Translations under genes and position numbers: made by a program
In this document: positions 1 through 10,358 of the stretch, one piece after another
How the letters are laid out: the number at the start of each line of letters is the position of its first letter
Numbering within the stretch: position 1 is the stretch's first letter
Notes under the pieces: model-generated
The model's database searches: none
What the model was told of the DNA's origin: nothing
What the model saw: only the letters and a program-made list of their open reading frames with translations
Origin: an uncultured Phycisphaerales bacterium
GTDB lineage: Bacteria; Planctomycetota; Phycisphaerae; Sedimentisphaerales; Anaerobacaceae
Assembly (NCBI GenBank): GCA_963772725.1
Contig: CAVYYI010000004.1
Span: 256,001 to 320,000, forward strand
Length of the DNA: 64,000 nucleotides
Direction of reading: 5' to 3'

Positions 1-2237
1 AGCCGGAACAGATTTATTATATAATACATTAAAATCGTTTTTGTTCAAGAGGCTTATCAGGCGGGTGGTTAAATACCTGTTGCAGAAGACGCCGCCGCTG
101 AGGGCAACAATATTTATCGCGGTTTTTTCTTTTGCTTTTTTAGCCATTTCTGTCAGGGCTGCGGCGATGCAGTTATGGAATTTTGCTGAGATAACACCTG
201 CCAGAGTTTTATTTTTTATATCGCTGACTATGCCTTTTATCATCTTAGCAAAATCAATCTCAATAGTTCCGTTCTTTACAGTGATTTCAAAATCATAATT
301 TTTTTCAACACCGCCCAAAATAATCGCTTCAAGCTCCATCGGCAGTTGAGCCTCGAAATGATTGTAATTGCCCAGGCCGAGCATCGCCGCGACGGCATCG
401 AAGATACGACCGAGACTGGACGTTTCAACGGTATTAATTTCTTTTTCAAGCTGTTCGAGAATAATATTTCGTTTATTTTTTTGAGGCTCGATTTTATCTA
501 AGAGCCAATCGAAATCGAAGGGTTTGAAACTGTTGCCGTAAGTTTTTTTTAGCAGGCTCAGGACAGGTCTTATGGGTTCTTTACTGGCCCTGTCGCCGCC
601 TGCCAGGGGATAATAAGCGAGATGGCCGAACCGCTCAAAACTGTCCAGCGAAGCAATCAAGCATTCGCAGCCCCAGATTGCACCATCGGTGCCGTAGCCG
701 GTGCCGTCGCAGGCAAGACCGATTACAGGGCCCGTGATATTATACTCGGCTAAAACAGAGGCGATATGCGCCCAATGGTGCTGAACCTCAATTACTTTGG
801 TATTGGCAATTGAATGGGCGTACTGAGAGGAAAAATATCCGGGGTGCAGGTCGCAGACAATTGTTTTAGGCTCAACCTCAAAAAGTTTTTGCAGATGTTC
901 AATTGAGTTAATATAGTGACGGTAAACATCAGCGTCTTCGAGGTCGCCGATATGTTCGCTGCAAATAAACTGGTCACTCTTGACAAGGCAAAACATATTT
1001 TTCATGTCCGCGCCGGCGGCGAAGATGTGGTTCTCGCAGTTTTGTTCGCTAAAAATTGGTGCCGGCACATAGCCTCTTGCTCTTCTGATAAAAACGGGCG
1101 TTTCATTTACAAACTGCACAATCGAATCGTCAACCTGGCGGTAAATTTCCCTGTTGTGCATCAGAAAGACGTCGGCTATGTCGGCGAGTTTTTCCAGGGC
1201 TGTTTCATTTTTGCATATCAACGGTTCATCGGAGATATTGCCGCTGGTCATCACGAGAACCTCAAGACCTTCTGCGAACAAGAGGTAATGCAGGGGGGCA
1301 TAGCAGAGCATAAAGCCGAGAGTATTGACGTCTTGTGCGACGGCGGGGGCGATTTGGCAGTTTTCTTTTTTGGGCAGCAGAACAATCGGAGCAGGGGGCT
1401 TTTCAAAATAAGTTCAGCGGCTTTGCTTACATCCACGTATTTTGTAATTTTCTCGATGGAGTCGGTCATCATCGCGAAAGGTTTATGGTCTCGCCTTTTC
1501 CGCTCCCTTAGCCTGGCGACTGCCTCGTTATTTAGAGCGTCAACAGCGAGATGAAAACCGCCGATGCCTTTTATGGCGGCTATTTTGCCTTCGTGAAGTA
1601 ACGTTGCGGTTTGGGCGATGACTTTATCACTGTGTGTTTCTATTGTTTTGCCGGAGCTGTCTGTGAGCCAAATTTTTGGTCCACACGCGGGGCAGGCAAC
1701 TGGCTGGGCGTGAAAACGGCGGTCTGTGACATCGGTGTATTGAGTGTGACATTTTTCGCACATCTTGAAAATCGACATTGTGGTGTTTGGCCTGTCGTAA
1801 GGGATATTTTTTATTATTGAATATCGCGGACCGCAATTGGTGCAGTTTATAAACGGATAGCGAAACCGAAAATCTTTTTTATCCCTCATTTCCGAGAGGC
1901 AGTCGGCGCAGATGGCCATATCCGCGGTTACCTGCGAGATGGGCGAACCCTGTGAATTACTTGCCTCAATGATAAAGCCACCGGCATTTTCAGCAAGAGG
2001 TATCTCAATCGCTTCACAGGTTTTTATCAAAGCCATTGGCGGTTTATCCATCGTTTGCAGTCGGAGAAGAAATTCATCTATTTTTTCCTGCTCACCCTGC
2101 AACTCGATTGTTACGCCCCTGGTGTCGTTATATACGAAGCCCGTAAGACCTGTTCGCCTGGCGATATTATGAACCGCGGGCCGAAATCCCACACCCTGCA
2201 CCTGACCTGTTATAAATATTCTCTTTCTTTTAACCAA
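1..2237 (-). CDS. hypF: Carbamoyltransferase HypF (frameshifted in this assembly; runs off window start)
   Basis: Acylphosphatase N-terminus GQVQGVGFRP, zinc fingers CADC/CTNCGPRY/CEKC/CPACGP, KGIGGFHL; downstream frames on the minus strand continue the Kae1-like part (QHHWAHIAS, DGTGYGTDGAIWG). Confidence 0.93.
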
Positions 2238-2425
2238 TGCTTTTAATCTTTTGTTATAAATGTTGTCGATAAGAACTGTTGAAAGAATTAAACAACTAAA
2301 AGTATTATAACCTTAATTGTGCGAAAAAACAATTGTCGTCGGCTTATCAGATATTTGAATTGAGCGAAAACGGTGTAAAAACTAATTGTGGTGGCTGGCA
2401 TTATGTGTTAAAATGCTGATGTTTC

Positions 2426-2498
<73 letters not shown>

Positions 2499-2515
2499 TT
2501 AAGATTTCTTATCAA

Positions 2516-3455
2516 TTAGACTTGACGCAATCCATAAAGGACAAAACCAGCAGTCAGAGCCAGTGAGGTTATTGTGTGCAGGGCGATTGTGGCCTTGTTG
2601 GCAGCAAAATTTCCGGCTTTATCCAAATCATCGTTATTGACAAGTTTCATCGCCTTGAGAGCCATCGGGAAGGTCAGGATATACAATATTCCCGCGAAAA
2701 TGAACGGGCGATAAATAAAAATTCCCAAAATAGCAGCGGCATAACTTATCAGCAGGGTAATTCGGTATGTTAGTATAGCAGCAGGAAATCCGAAGCGGAC
2801 GACAAAAGTTTTTTTGCCGACGGCCGCATCTGCTGTTGCGTCCGGAAAGTCGTTTACCAGGATTACCAGGAAAATATGTATGCCGACGATAATCCCAGGG
2901 AAAAGCACAAAAGCGTCTAATGTTCTTGTCTGGAGAAAATAAGCGCCATATATCGGCAGCACGCCGAACAGTAATCCAATGAACGGCTCTCCTATCGTGC
3001 GATAGCCGAACTTAATTGGCGGGGCGGTATAGAAAAAACCGCCGAGAAGCCCCGCAATTCCAATCGCTAAGAGGAAAATGCTTTTAGTTTGCAGGACAAC
3101 CGCTATACCTATAATCGAACCCAACGCCATAAAAAATATTGAGGCCAGCACTGTAGCTTTCGGCGAAAAGAGTCCCTGCTGGATGAAACGGCTGCCGCCC
3201 GAAAAAGGCGTCGGGTTTTTATTGACCCAGTCGTTGGTGGAAAGATGGTCGAAATAGTCATTGGATGTATTGGTCTGCGATTTGAAAACACATCATAATA
3301 AATAACGCCGCCAGGAAATAAACAGGATTAAAAACTGCTGTTACGCTATACGCCATCGCTGTACCGACTGCAACAGGCGCAATACTTCCGACTAAAAATT
3401 GCGGACGCAGAGCGCCGATAAAAATTGCTGCTTTTGAGCATTTTGCCGTATACAT
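2516..3455 (-). CDS. menA: 1,4-dihydroxy-2-naphthoate prenyltransferase (UbiA family), frameshifted
   Basis: ALRPQFL N-terminus, NDYFD motif and FSGGSR across frames, VNDFPDATADAAVGKKT motif, multiple TM segments. Confidence 0.85.
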
Positions 3456-4216
3456 TACTGACCTTTCCGTCGCCTGAAATCATAAATTCTAAGTTGAGCG
3501 GCTAAAAAGTCAATGGTATGCGTAAATTAAAATGCGTAAATTAAAAGCAAAGGAAATATATTGAGTTTCATTGCGATTAAGATAAGCTGAAATACACAAA
3601 CATCCCTTACCCCCGCCTTTTTTGCCTAAATTGCTTAGGGACGCTTTGTTACTCCTATTGTGTTGTGACGTTTTTTATATCAGCGGTTATTTTCTTCAAG
3701 TAACTCTCTGAGTTTGTCTTCGAGTTTAATCTCATTCATTTCTGAGCCCTTTATTTAAGACTCATCCTGTCCTTCAATTTCACTTTATATCTTAGCAAAT
3801 GTTGTTCCCGAACGCAATCAAAAATCGTTTTGGGTAAGTTCTGGTGGATAATTTATGCTTGCAGGCTGTTTAAAACGATTATAATCAAAATTTACTTTTT
3901 TGCATAAAGATGCGAGTGTTGTGAGGATTAAATCCCTGTGTTGCAAAAAAACAACTCTAAAAATGAGGTACTATGGTTTATTGATGAATTGAAGGCTTGA
4001 GAAATATGAAGTCTGCGGATATGTTGATTTTTGTGAACGTCATGCCGCGAAATTCGGAAAACTCTTGATGCGAATAATTATATAGGGTAACCTGTTTTGA
4101 AACGGTTAACTCTTTAATATAACAAGAATTAACATCATAAATGTTAAAAAAATATTTTTAACAGCACTTTAACAAAAACGAAAAATGCATATATTATTTA
4201 TTTGAAGGCCAAAAAA

Positions 4217-4978
4217 ATGATTTATCAGGAACTCAAAGGAAAGCGCGTATTGGTTACTGGTTCAAGCAGCGGAATTGGTGCTGCCACTGCCATTATGTTT
4301 GCTCAGCAGGGGTGTTTTGTGGGCGTTCATTATTTTAGAACCGCTAAAGGGGGACAGGAAACACTTATGGAGGTAAAAAAATATAGCGATGGTATCCTGT
4401 TTTCCGCGGATGTGCGAAATGAAAATGAAGTTGCAAAGATGGTGAATGATTTCGCCGAAAAGGCAAGCGGTATCGATATTTTGATAAATAATGCGGGTTC
4501 TCTCATAAAAAGGATGCCCTTTGAGACCGCAACGATTGCATATTTTACCGATATATTTGCTACAAACGTTCAAAGCGTTTTTTTAGCTACGCAGGCAGCT
4601 TTGCCCTATCTAAAAACAAGTTGAGGCAATATTGTTAATATAGGCTCTATTGCCGGCCATACCGGCGGCGGAGGCGGTTCTGGTATCTATGCGGCCGCAA
4701 AAGCCGCTGTTGCGACCCAAACTATCGCTATGGCCGCTGAATTTGCCCCTTTTAGCATCAGGGTTAATAGCGTTCTGCCGGGCGTTATTGAAACCCGTTT
4801 TCACCAACGCTTCAGCACACCGGAAAGGCTGAAATTGCTTGCTGTCCAGACACCTTTGCGGAGAAACGGCACCCCTGAGGATGTAGCAAAAGCGGTACTT
4901 TTTCTCTCAAGCGACGCTGCTGGCTTCATTACCGGCGAGTACATAGCGGTCAACGGGGGGCTATATATGAGGGCGTAA
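4217..4978 (+). CDS. Short-chain dehydrogenase/reductase (FabG-like), frameshifted near 4620
   Basis: TGSSSGIG, NNAG, YAAAK catalytic motif, IRVNSVLPG, ITGEYIAVNGG. Confidence 0.9.
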
Positions 4979-5179
4979 GGAATATCCTTATGTCAAATTA
5001 AGGTTTTTTTGGGGAAATTGTTCTTGACTTACCTATTTTAACAACGTAGAATAATATTAGATAATATTAGATGGAGCGAGAGAGATTGCCTTGAGGGATA
5101 AATCCTTAAAGGTTGGTTTTTGGGACAAAGGAATAGTGAGAGAGGGTGAAAGAACACCCGCAAATTTGAGTTGTAACAC

Positions 5180-6237
5180 ATGGCAGAGAAGTTTGACGAC
5201 TTAACGCAAGGCAAATCGCCATGTCCGCAACGGCCTGTAGACAGGTACAAGGTGGACAGTGTGCGGGGTTCCCGTATAACCACAGTTCAAAGCACAATTA
5301 TTGGTGAATCATCGGCATTTAATTCATTAATAGAAATAATTAAAGCTATTGCGGGCGCAAATGCTCTGTAATAATAACAGGTGAAACCGGTGTCGGCAAA
5401 GAAATGGTTGCCAGGCAGATACATTTAATGAGTGACCGGGCCAGGAAAGTTTTTGTTCCGGTCGATTGCACTACTCTTACAGGCCAGTTATTTGAAAGCC
5501 AGTTGTTTGGTCATACCAAAGGCGCTTTCACCGGCGCAATAGACCATACGCTCGGTTTTTTCAGGGCTGCCGACGGCGGTACAATATTTCTTGATGAGAT
5601 AAGCGAAATACCTCTTGACCTGCAGGCTAAACTCCTCAGGGTTTTGCAGGATAACTCTGTTACACCTCTCGGTTCGACGAAATCATATCCCATCGATATT
5701 CGTGTTTTGTGTGCTACTAACCGTAATCTTGCGGAGATGGTAAAACAGGAGGCTTTTCGTTCGGACCTTTATTATCGTTTGAATGTTGTGAATATTGAAG
5801 TGCCGCCGCTTCGTCAGCGAAAGGACGATATCCTTCCTCTTGCGGAATTTTTCCTTGCCAACCAGGCTTCTTTTTACAGCGAACCGCCTAAAATGTTCAG
5901 CACGCAGGCAAAAAGTCTTCTTCTGAATTATAGTTGGCCTGGCAACGTCCGCGAATTGGCTAACGCTGTTGAGCGGGCTTATGTCCTTACTCTTGGCCAG
6001 GAAATTCAGCCGACTTCCCTGCCTTTCGAAATTTTAATTAGTGAGGATGCTTCATATCCTAAGCACCAGTTGCCGACTCTTGACGAAGTAAAACGCAGAA
6101 TTGTCATTCAGACGCTCGAATTTACAAAAGGCCGCAAAATAGCGGCGGCGAAAATTCTCGGCATAGAACGCCGGCAGCTTAACCGCCTGATGGAAAAGTT
6201 TGATATCCCCGTGTTAGAAAAAGACGGCGACATTTAG
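5180..6237 (+). CDS. Sigma54-dependent enhancer-binding protein (AAA+ and Fis HTH) with no N-terminal sensor domain; one frameshift near 5355
   Basis: IIGES, GETGVGKE Walker A, ESQLFGHTKGAFTGA, FLDEI, WPGNVREL, C-terminal AAKILGI HTH. Confidence 0.92.
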
Positions 6238-6306
6238 AAACGAATCTTAACCGCTTCTCTTATAAATATTCCTTCAAAATCCTCAAAAGGGTAATACTGT
6301 TTTCAT

Positions 6307-6348
6307 CAATCGACCAATTCGGTCTCCCCTGACCAAACAGGTCGATTG
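6307..6348. promoter_or_regulatory. Putative upstream activator sequence for the adjacent sigma54 activator
   Basis: Two GACC-N5-GGTC palindromes (6312-6324, 6331-6343) nested in the outer inverted repeat CAATCGACC/GGTCGATTG, about 200 bp upstream of a -24/-12 promoter. Confidence 0.7.
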
Positions 6349-6514
6349 TTTATTAATCCTTTTCAATATAACCACTTATTACAATAAATGAAATTGCTGA
6401 CAAGCCGAATAGGTCAATTACGTAAAAAACTTAAATCGGTGCCCGCAAAAAATTTATCTGTCGTAACTGCTTATAAAGCAACAGCTTAAAATATATTTTA
6501 AAAATAATCCGAGT

Positions 6515-6531
6515 TTGGCACACGATTCGCA
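6515..6531 (+). promoter_or_regulatory. Sigma54 (-24/-12) promoter, predicted TSS near 6542
   Basis: TTGGCACACGATTCGCA has GG-N10-GC spacing (GG 6517-18, GC 6529-30) and an AT-rich IHF-like tract upstream (6463-6488). Confidence 0.8.
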
Positions 6532-6607
6532 ATTATATATCAACGTAAGCAAATGATGTAGCAGCGACGATAGATAAAACACGAGTTCTTTAAAAATTTA
6601 AGAGCTA

Positions 6608-6897
6608 AAGAGCAAACACGGCTTGATGTGTTGCCGTGATTATTATAAATGCTCGCGAAGAGTTTTCTTTTCCCCCAAGCTGGGCTTGAAGACCTAAGCC
6701 AAAATTAATTTAAAGATAGGTTTTTTTCAGCCCGGCGAGAAAGCCGACACGGTTTTACCGTGATAATTATAGATAAGTTGTAGGCTACGAACTCTCTCTC
6801 CTCTTCTTCGCTGGGTGATGTTATTGACGCACTGTTAATGACCAACCCAGCATAAAAGTTAACACGACGGTGTCGTGATATTTATAGATGAATAAGC
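6608..6897 (+). ncRNA. Unknown structured RNA, copy A
   Basis: Five hairpins (3x CACG..CGTG, 2x GCTGGG..CCCRGC) with G-U pairs on the + strand; collinear with the copy at 7442-7707, with compensatory changes. Confidence 0.7.
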
Positions 6898-6925
6898 TGT
6901 GAAATAAAAAACAACAGGATACGCT

Positions 6926-7400
6926 ATGGCAGCAGTTGTTGAAGTATGTAAATTTAGGATTAACAATGATTGTTTTAGTTCAAGCAACAGTGTTGACGAT
7001 TGGTATTGGCAGCAGGAACGAAGTTTTACGTGAACTGCCGATTAGGATTGTAACGATGCAGGGTGGCGCTGAAGCCGCCCGCTCTTTGAAAAGTGAGAAA
7101 ATAGATAGTGTTATCAGCAAATGGGACCTCGATGATATGGAGAATGGCCGGTTTCTAAAGAAGCTTAAGGCGATTAAGCCGCACATCCCGACCATAGCTA
7201 TCATCAGGCCCGGTGACAGGATGCAGGAAATCGCGGCTCGCAGCATTGGTGTTTCAGCGGTGTTGACCGAAGATGCCAGCGATGAGCTTTTCCGGGAAAC
7301 TGTTGCGAATATTTTCAGTCTTACGGAAAGTACTTCTGTTGCGTCCGTGTTACCAGGCCGTAACAGCAAAAGAACGTATGTAAGAGTTGAAAATAGTTAA
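6926..7400 (+). CDS. Single-domain atypical (pseudo-)receiver protein; probable ATG at 6926 with a frameshift near 6985
   Basis: Receiver-like pattern (GAEAARSLKSEKIDSVISKWDLDDMENGRFLKKLK..PHIPTIAII..ARSIGVSAVL); the usual phospho-acceptor Asp position appears to be Lys. Confidence 0.65.
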
Positions 7401-7441
7401 ATCAACATGTCCGGTGTGCCGGATTTTGCTGAAACAGCATC

Positions 7442-7707
7442 AAGAGCAAACATGGCGGTTATAAGCCATGAGAATATATAGATGCTCGCGAAGAGTTTTC
7501 TTCCCCCAAGCTGGGTTTGAGTGCCAAAAAGATTGTTCATTCTTTGGTGTTCTTTCCCGGCAAGAAAGCTGACACGGTTTAGCCGTGATAAGTATAAATA
7601 ACCAATAACTTCTCTCTCCTCTTCTTCGCTGGGCGGGGTTGATATTTGCCACCCAGCATGAAAATAGACACGGTCTGTAGTGACGTGATAAATATAAAAA
7701 ACATATT
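7442..7707 (+). ncRNA. Unknown structured RNA, copy B
   Basis: Same order of five hairpins as 6608-6897; shares GCTCGCGAAGAGTTTTCT, TCCCCCAAGCTGGG and an identical 23-mer TCTCTCTCCTCTTCTTCGCTGGG. Confidence 0.7.
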
Positions 7708-7939
7708 GTGCGTTTGGAGAAATAAAGAAACGAAAAAGATTCTCTGTCATCGTTGAGCAATAGATATATTTTCTGAAAAAGTCTGACCTGTTTTTACGAT
7801 GGTGATATATCGTTGATATGATACCGGCAGGGTTATTTTGTGCATTAACTGCCCGAAAGGTATGCGCATTGAGCAGTCATATATAGCGATGTAAAAGGTC
7901 TTGTGTATAAAAAAGGTATCTCAAGGAGGGATATGTACA

Positions 7940-8575
7940 ATGGACGGTAAAAAATGCTGTTATGGTTTGGCTATGTTTTTAGTTTTTAGCGTATTCGTTG
8001 GTTCGCTGGAGGCGACCATCTGTCCGTTTAAAATATTTACCAATAACGGCGGATATAGCAGCAGTCCCAACATCATTTTATACGTCGATGTTACAAATGG
8101 TAGTACAGGAATGGTTGATTTTACTTTTCATAACGATAGTTTGGTAAGTTCCTCAATAGCTGCGATTTATTTTGACGGCGGGCCGATTACAGGAATTAGC
8201 AGTATAACAAACGGGTCTGGTACTTTATTCTCCGGCTCGGCAACTCCTGGTAATTTACCTGCCGGCAATATGTTATTTCCGTCATTTACAACGGATTTTG
8301 CAGTTGGAGCAGACTCTCCCCCGCCAACTAACGGGATTAATCCCGGTGAATGGCTGCGCGTTACGTTTAATCTGGCAGACAGCGCTACGTCTCAAACCGC
8401 TTATGACCAGTTGATTGCAGGTGTATTTCGTATCGGTATGCACGTGATTTCATTGCCGGACGGGTTGAGTGAGGCCGCGGTCAATGTTCCCGAACCAACT
8501 ACAATTATGCTGCTTGGTGGCTTAAGTGCTTTAAGCTTAGTCGGCAGAAGAAAAAAATTGGAGGTGCACGTATGA
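7940..8575 (+). CDS. PEP-CTERM sorting domain protein
   Basis: Signal peptide; C-terminal VPEPTTIMLLGGLSALSLVGRRKK; AGGAGG RBS. Confidence 0.92.
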   Translation: MDGKKCCYGLAMFLVFSVFVGSLEATICPFKIFTNNGGYSSSPNIILYVDVTNGSTGMVDFTFHNDSLVSSSIAAIYFDGGPITGISSITNGSGTLFSGSATPGNLPAGNMLFPSFTTDFAVGADSPPPTNGINPGEWLRVTFNLADSATSQTAYDQLIAGVFRIGMHVISLPDGLSEAAVNVPEPTTIMLLGGLSALSLVGRRKKLEVHV

Positions 8576-9297
8576 TGAATAAAAGAAAATGTTATGGTTT
8601 ATTAGTGGTTTTTCTCCTGATTTTCAGCTTGTCTGTCTGTTCGGTTCCGGTGGAGGCTGTTGTTATCCCGCTGGACGAATCTGGCTGGGCTATTGTGGTC
8701 AACCCCGCTTCGTTGCAGAATGGCGAGGTAGCAGTGCCATTTATATATGGTATTGTGAACAACGCTGTTGTAATTGAAATAGACAAGACCTTTAAGCGGC
8801 CGCCGCGAGACGGATTTTTTGACCCCATTGTTGTCGAATTTCAAAAGCTTTCTCAAAATGCTGTTTCCAGCATCATTATCCGCGATGAATACATTGTGAA
8901 CAATACTCAAACGATGTGGGATGATTTTCACATCTCGCTGATAGTAGATGTCCTGAATCCGCAGGCAGGGTTCAATCCTGAATTTGTTCCCAGCGGCGGC
9001 CAGCTCGAAAGCGTCCATTACAGCGGTAACTACGGATACAACAATTTGCCAATTCAGTTGAATTTCGAAAATATGCAGGGTCCGGGAGTGCCTTCTTCGC
9101 CTCCGGGAGAAGACGTCTTCTGGCCAGGTCATAACAGCGGCCAGATTGTAATTCAAATAAATCCCGATATGGTTGTAGGTACCAGGTTCGGTTTAAAAGA
9201 AGTTCCATCTATTCCTGAACCGACGACAATTATACTGTTTGGCGGCTTAGGAGTTATAGGCTTTCTCAAGAGGAAACTTAGGTATAACAGCGGATAA
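8572..9297 (+). CDS. PEP-CTERM sorting domain protein
   Basis: Signal peptide; IPEPTTIILFGGLGVIGFLKRK. Confidence 0.92.
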   Translation: MMNKRKCYGLLVVFLLIFSLSVCSVPVEAVVIPLDESGWAIVVNPASLQNGEVAVPFIYGIVNNAVVIEIDKTFKRPPRDGFFDPIVVEFQKLSQNAVSSIIIRDEYIVNNTQTMWDDFHISLIVDVLNPQAGFNPEFVPSGGQLESVHYSGNYGYNNLPIQLNFENMQGPGVPSSPPGEDVFWPGHNSGQIVIQINPDMVVGTRFGLKEVPSIPEPTTIILFGGLGVIGFLKRKLRYNSG

Positions 9298-9478
9298 ACA
9301 GGCACAAGAAATTGATTCGCCGATAAAAAAAATCGGATTTTGTAACGAGTAATGATTATGGCAATGGGCCTTAATTTGAAAAGTTAAAAAAGTGTAAAAA
9401 GAAGTTCTACTTGAAGAGACAGTCCTTGCGTGGAGGATAATGATTCTGAAAGTAGCAGTAAAAAGTTAGGAGGCAATT

Positions 9479-10138
9479 ATGAAAAAGGTATTAGTTTTAG
9501 TGTTGGTTCTTGGTTTGGTCTCAGTGACCAATGCAGTGACACCAGTCGTCGTTTCAGTTCAGACCGATGGCAGCGGAAGTTCAGCCCATACAGGCCTTAC
9601 ATCTGGGTCAGCATTAGCGGATGGTGAAACCATCAAGTTGAAACTGATGTTGAGTTACAACCCTTCAAGTTCAAGCTCTAACATTGGCTATGCATTGTTG
9701 AGCTTTGACTTGACGTTGCATGCTGACGGCATAAGCACAATCGCTGTTACGCCGACGAAGACTGTAAAATTCGATTCAAGCCTTGGCGGCGGCACCGCGG
9801 TAACAGATGCTACGGGTTTCTCAAAGATAACAGCAGTTTCTTTGAGCGGCACGACACCAGCATTTGGGGCGACAGGCGGCCTGATGATTGTGTCGAACAT
9901 GACGTTAACTGCAAAGTCCAGCCTGAGCGGGTTGATTAACGTTGACCTCGGGCTCAGGGCTTTAAGTGAGTATCGTAATCTCATTAACGAATTTCCAGGC
10001 GGGAACCAGGATGCATGGTTGTCTATGGTAGAAGGTAATCTTGGTGATTTGCAACTATATGTAGCACAGATTCCTGAGCCGATGACACTTGCTCTGCTTG
10101 GTTTGGGCGGATTGTTCCTGCGCCGTCGTAAAGCATAG
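9479..10138 (+). CDS. PEP-CTERM sorting domain protein
   Basis: MKKVLVLVLVLGLVSVTNA signal; IPEPMTLALLGLGGLFLRRRKA. Confidence 0.94.
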   Translation: MKKVLVLVLVLGLVSVTNAVTPVVVSVQTDGSGSSAHTGLTSGSALADGETIKLKLMLSYNPSSSSSNIGYALLSFDLTLHADGISTIAVTPTKTVKFDSSLGGGTAVTDATGFSKITAVSLSGTTPAFGATGGLMIVSNMTLTAKSSLSGLINVDLGLRALSEYRNLINEFPGGNQDAWLSMVEGNLGDLQLYVAQIPEPMTLALLGLGGLFLRRRKA

Positions 10139-10174
10139 ATGTAACCAACAACTAAAGATTGTAATAAAGAAGAC

Positions 10175-10224
10175 AACCGGGGTTAAGACTATAGTAAACA
10201 ATAGTCTTAACCCGGTTATTTTTG
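10175..10224 (+). terminator. Rho-independent terminator after the PEP-CTERM genes
   Basis: AACCGGGGTTAAGACTAT / ATAGTCTTAACCCGGTT stem followed by a T-tract. Confidence 0.8.
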
Positions 10225-10358
10225 TTTCTATCCTGCAATTTTTGAAATAATTGTACGCTGTTTTTTTATAAAGTTGTTGCAAATAAATCAGGGTTTGGTA
10301 CAATAACATTTTTGCAAAATTATATAATTCTATTAGAGTACGGATTGTCTGGACAAAT

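Noticed and set aside
3518..3739. 14-bp tandem duplication (3518-3545) and a short minus-strand ORF MNEIKLEDKLRELLEE
   Set aside because: Only two repeat units, and the ORF stops quickly in the frames checked; support is insufficient
6608..7707. CRISPR or TIGR-type guide array
   Set aside because: No identical regularly spaced repeats with unique spacers, and no cas or Nop-domain gene in the window
7397..7760. Minus-strand ORFs of 106-117 aa over ncRNA copy B
   Set aside because: No recognisable motifs, antisense to the operon, and the homologous copy A has no equivalent ORF
7820..7865. Hammerhead ribozyme, suggested by CGAAA after a stem
   Set aside because: The required CUGANGA core is absent
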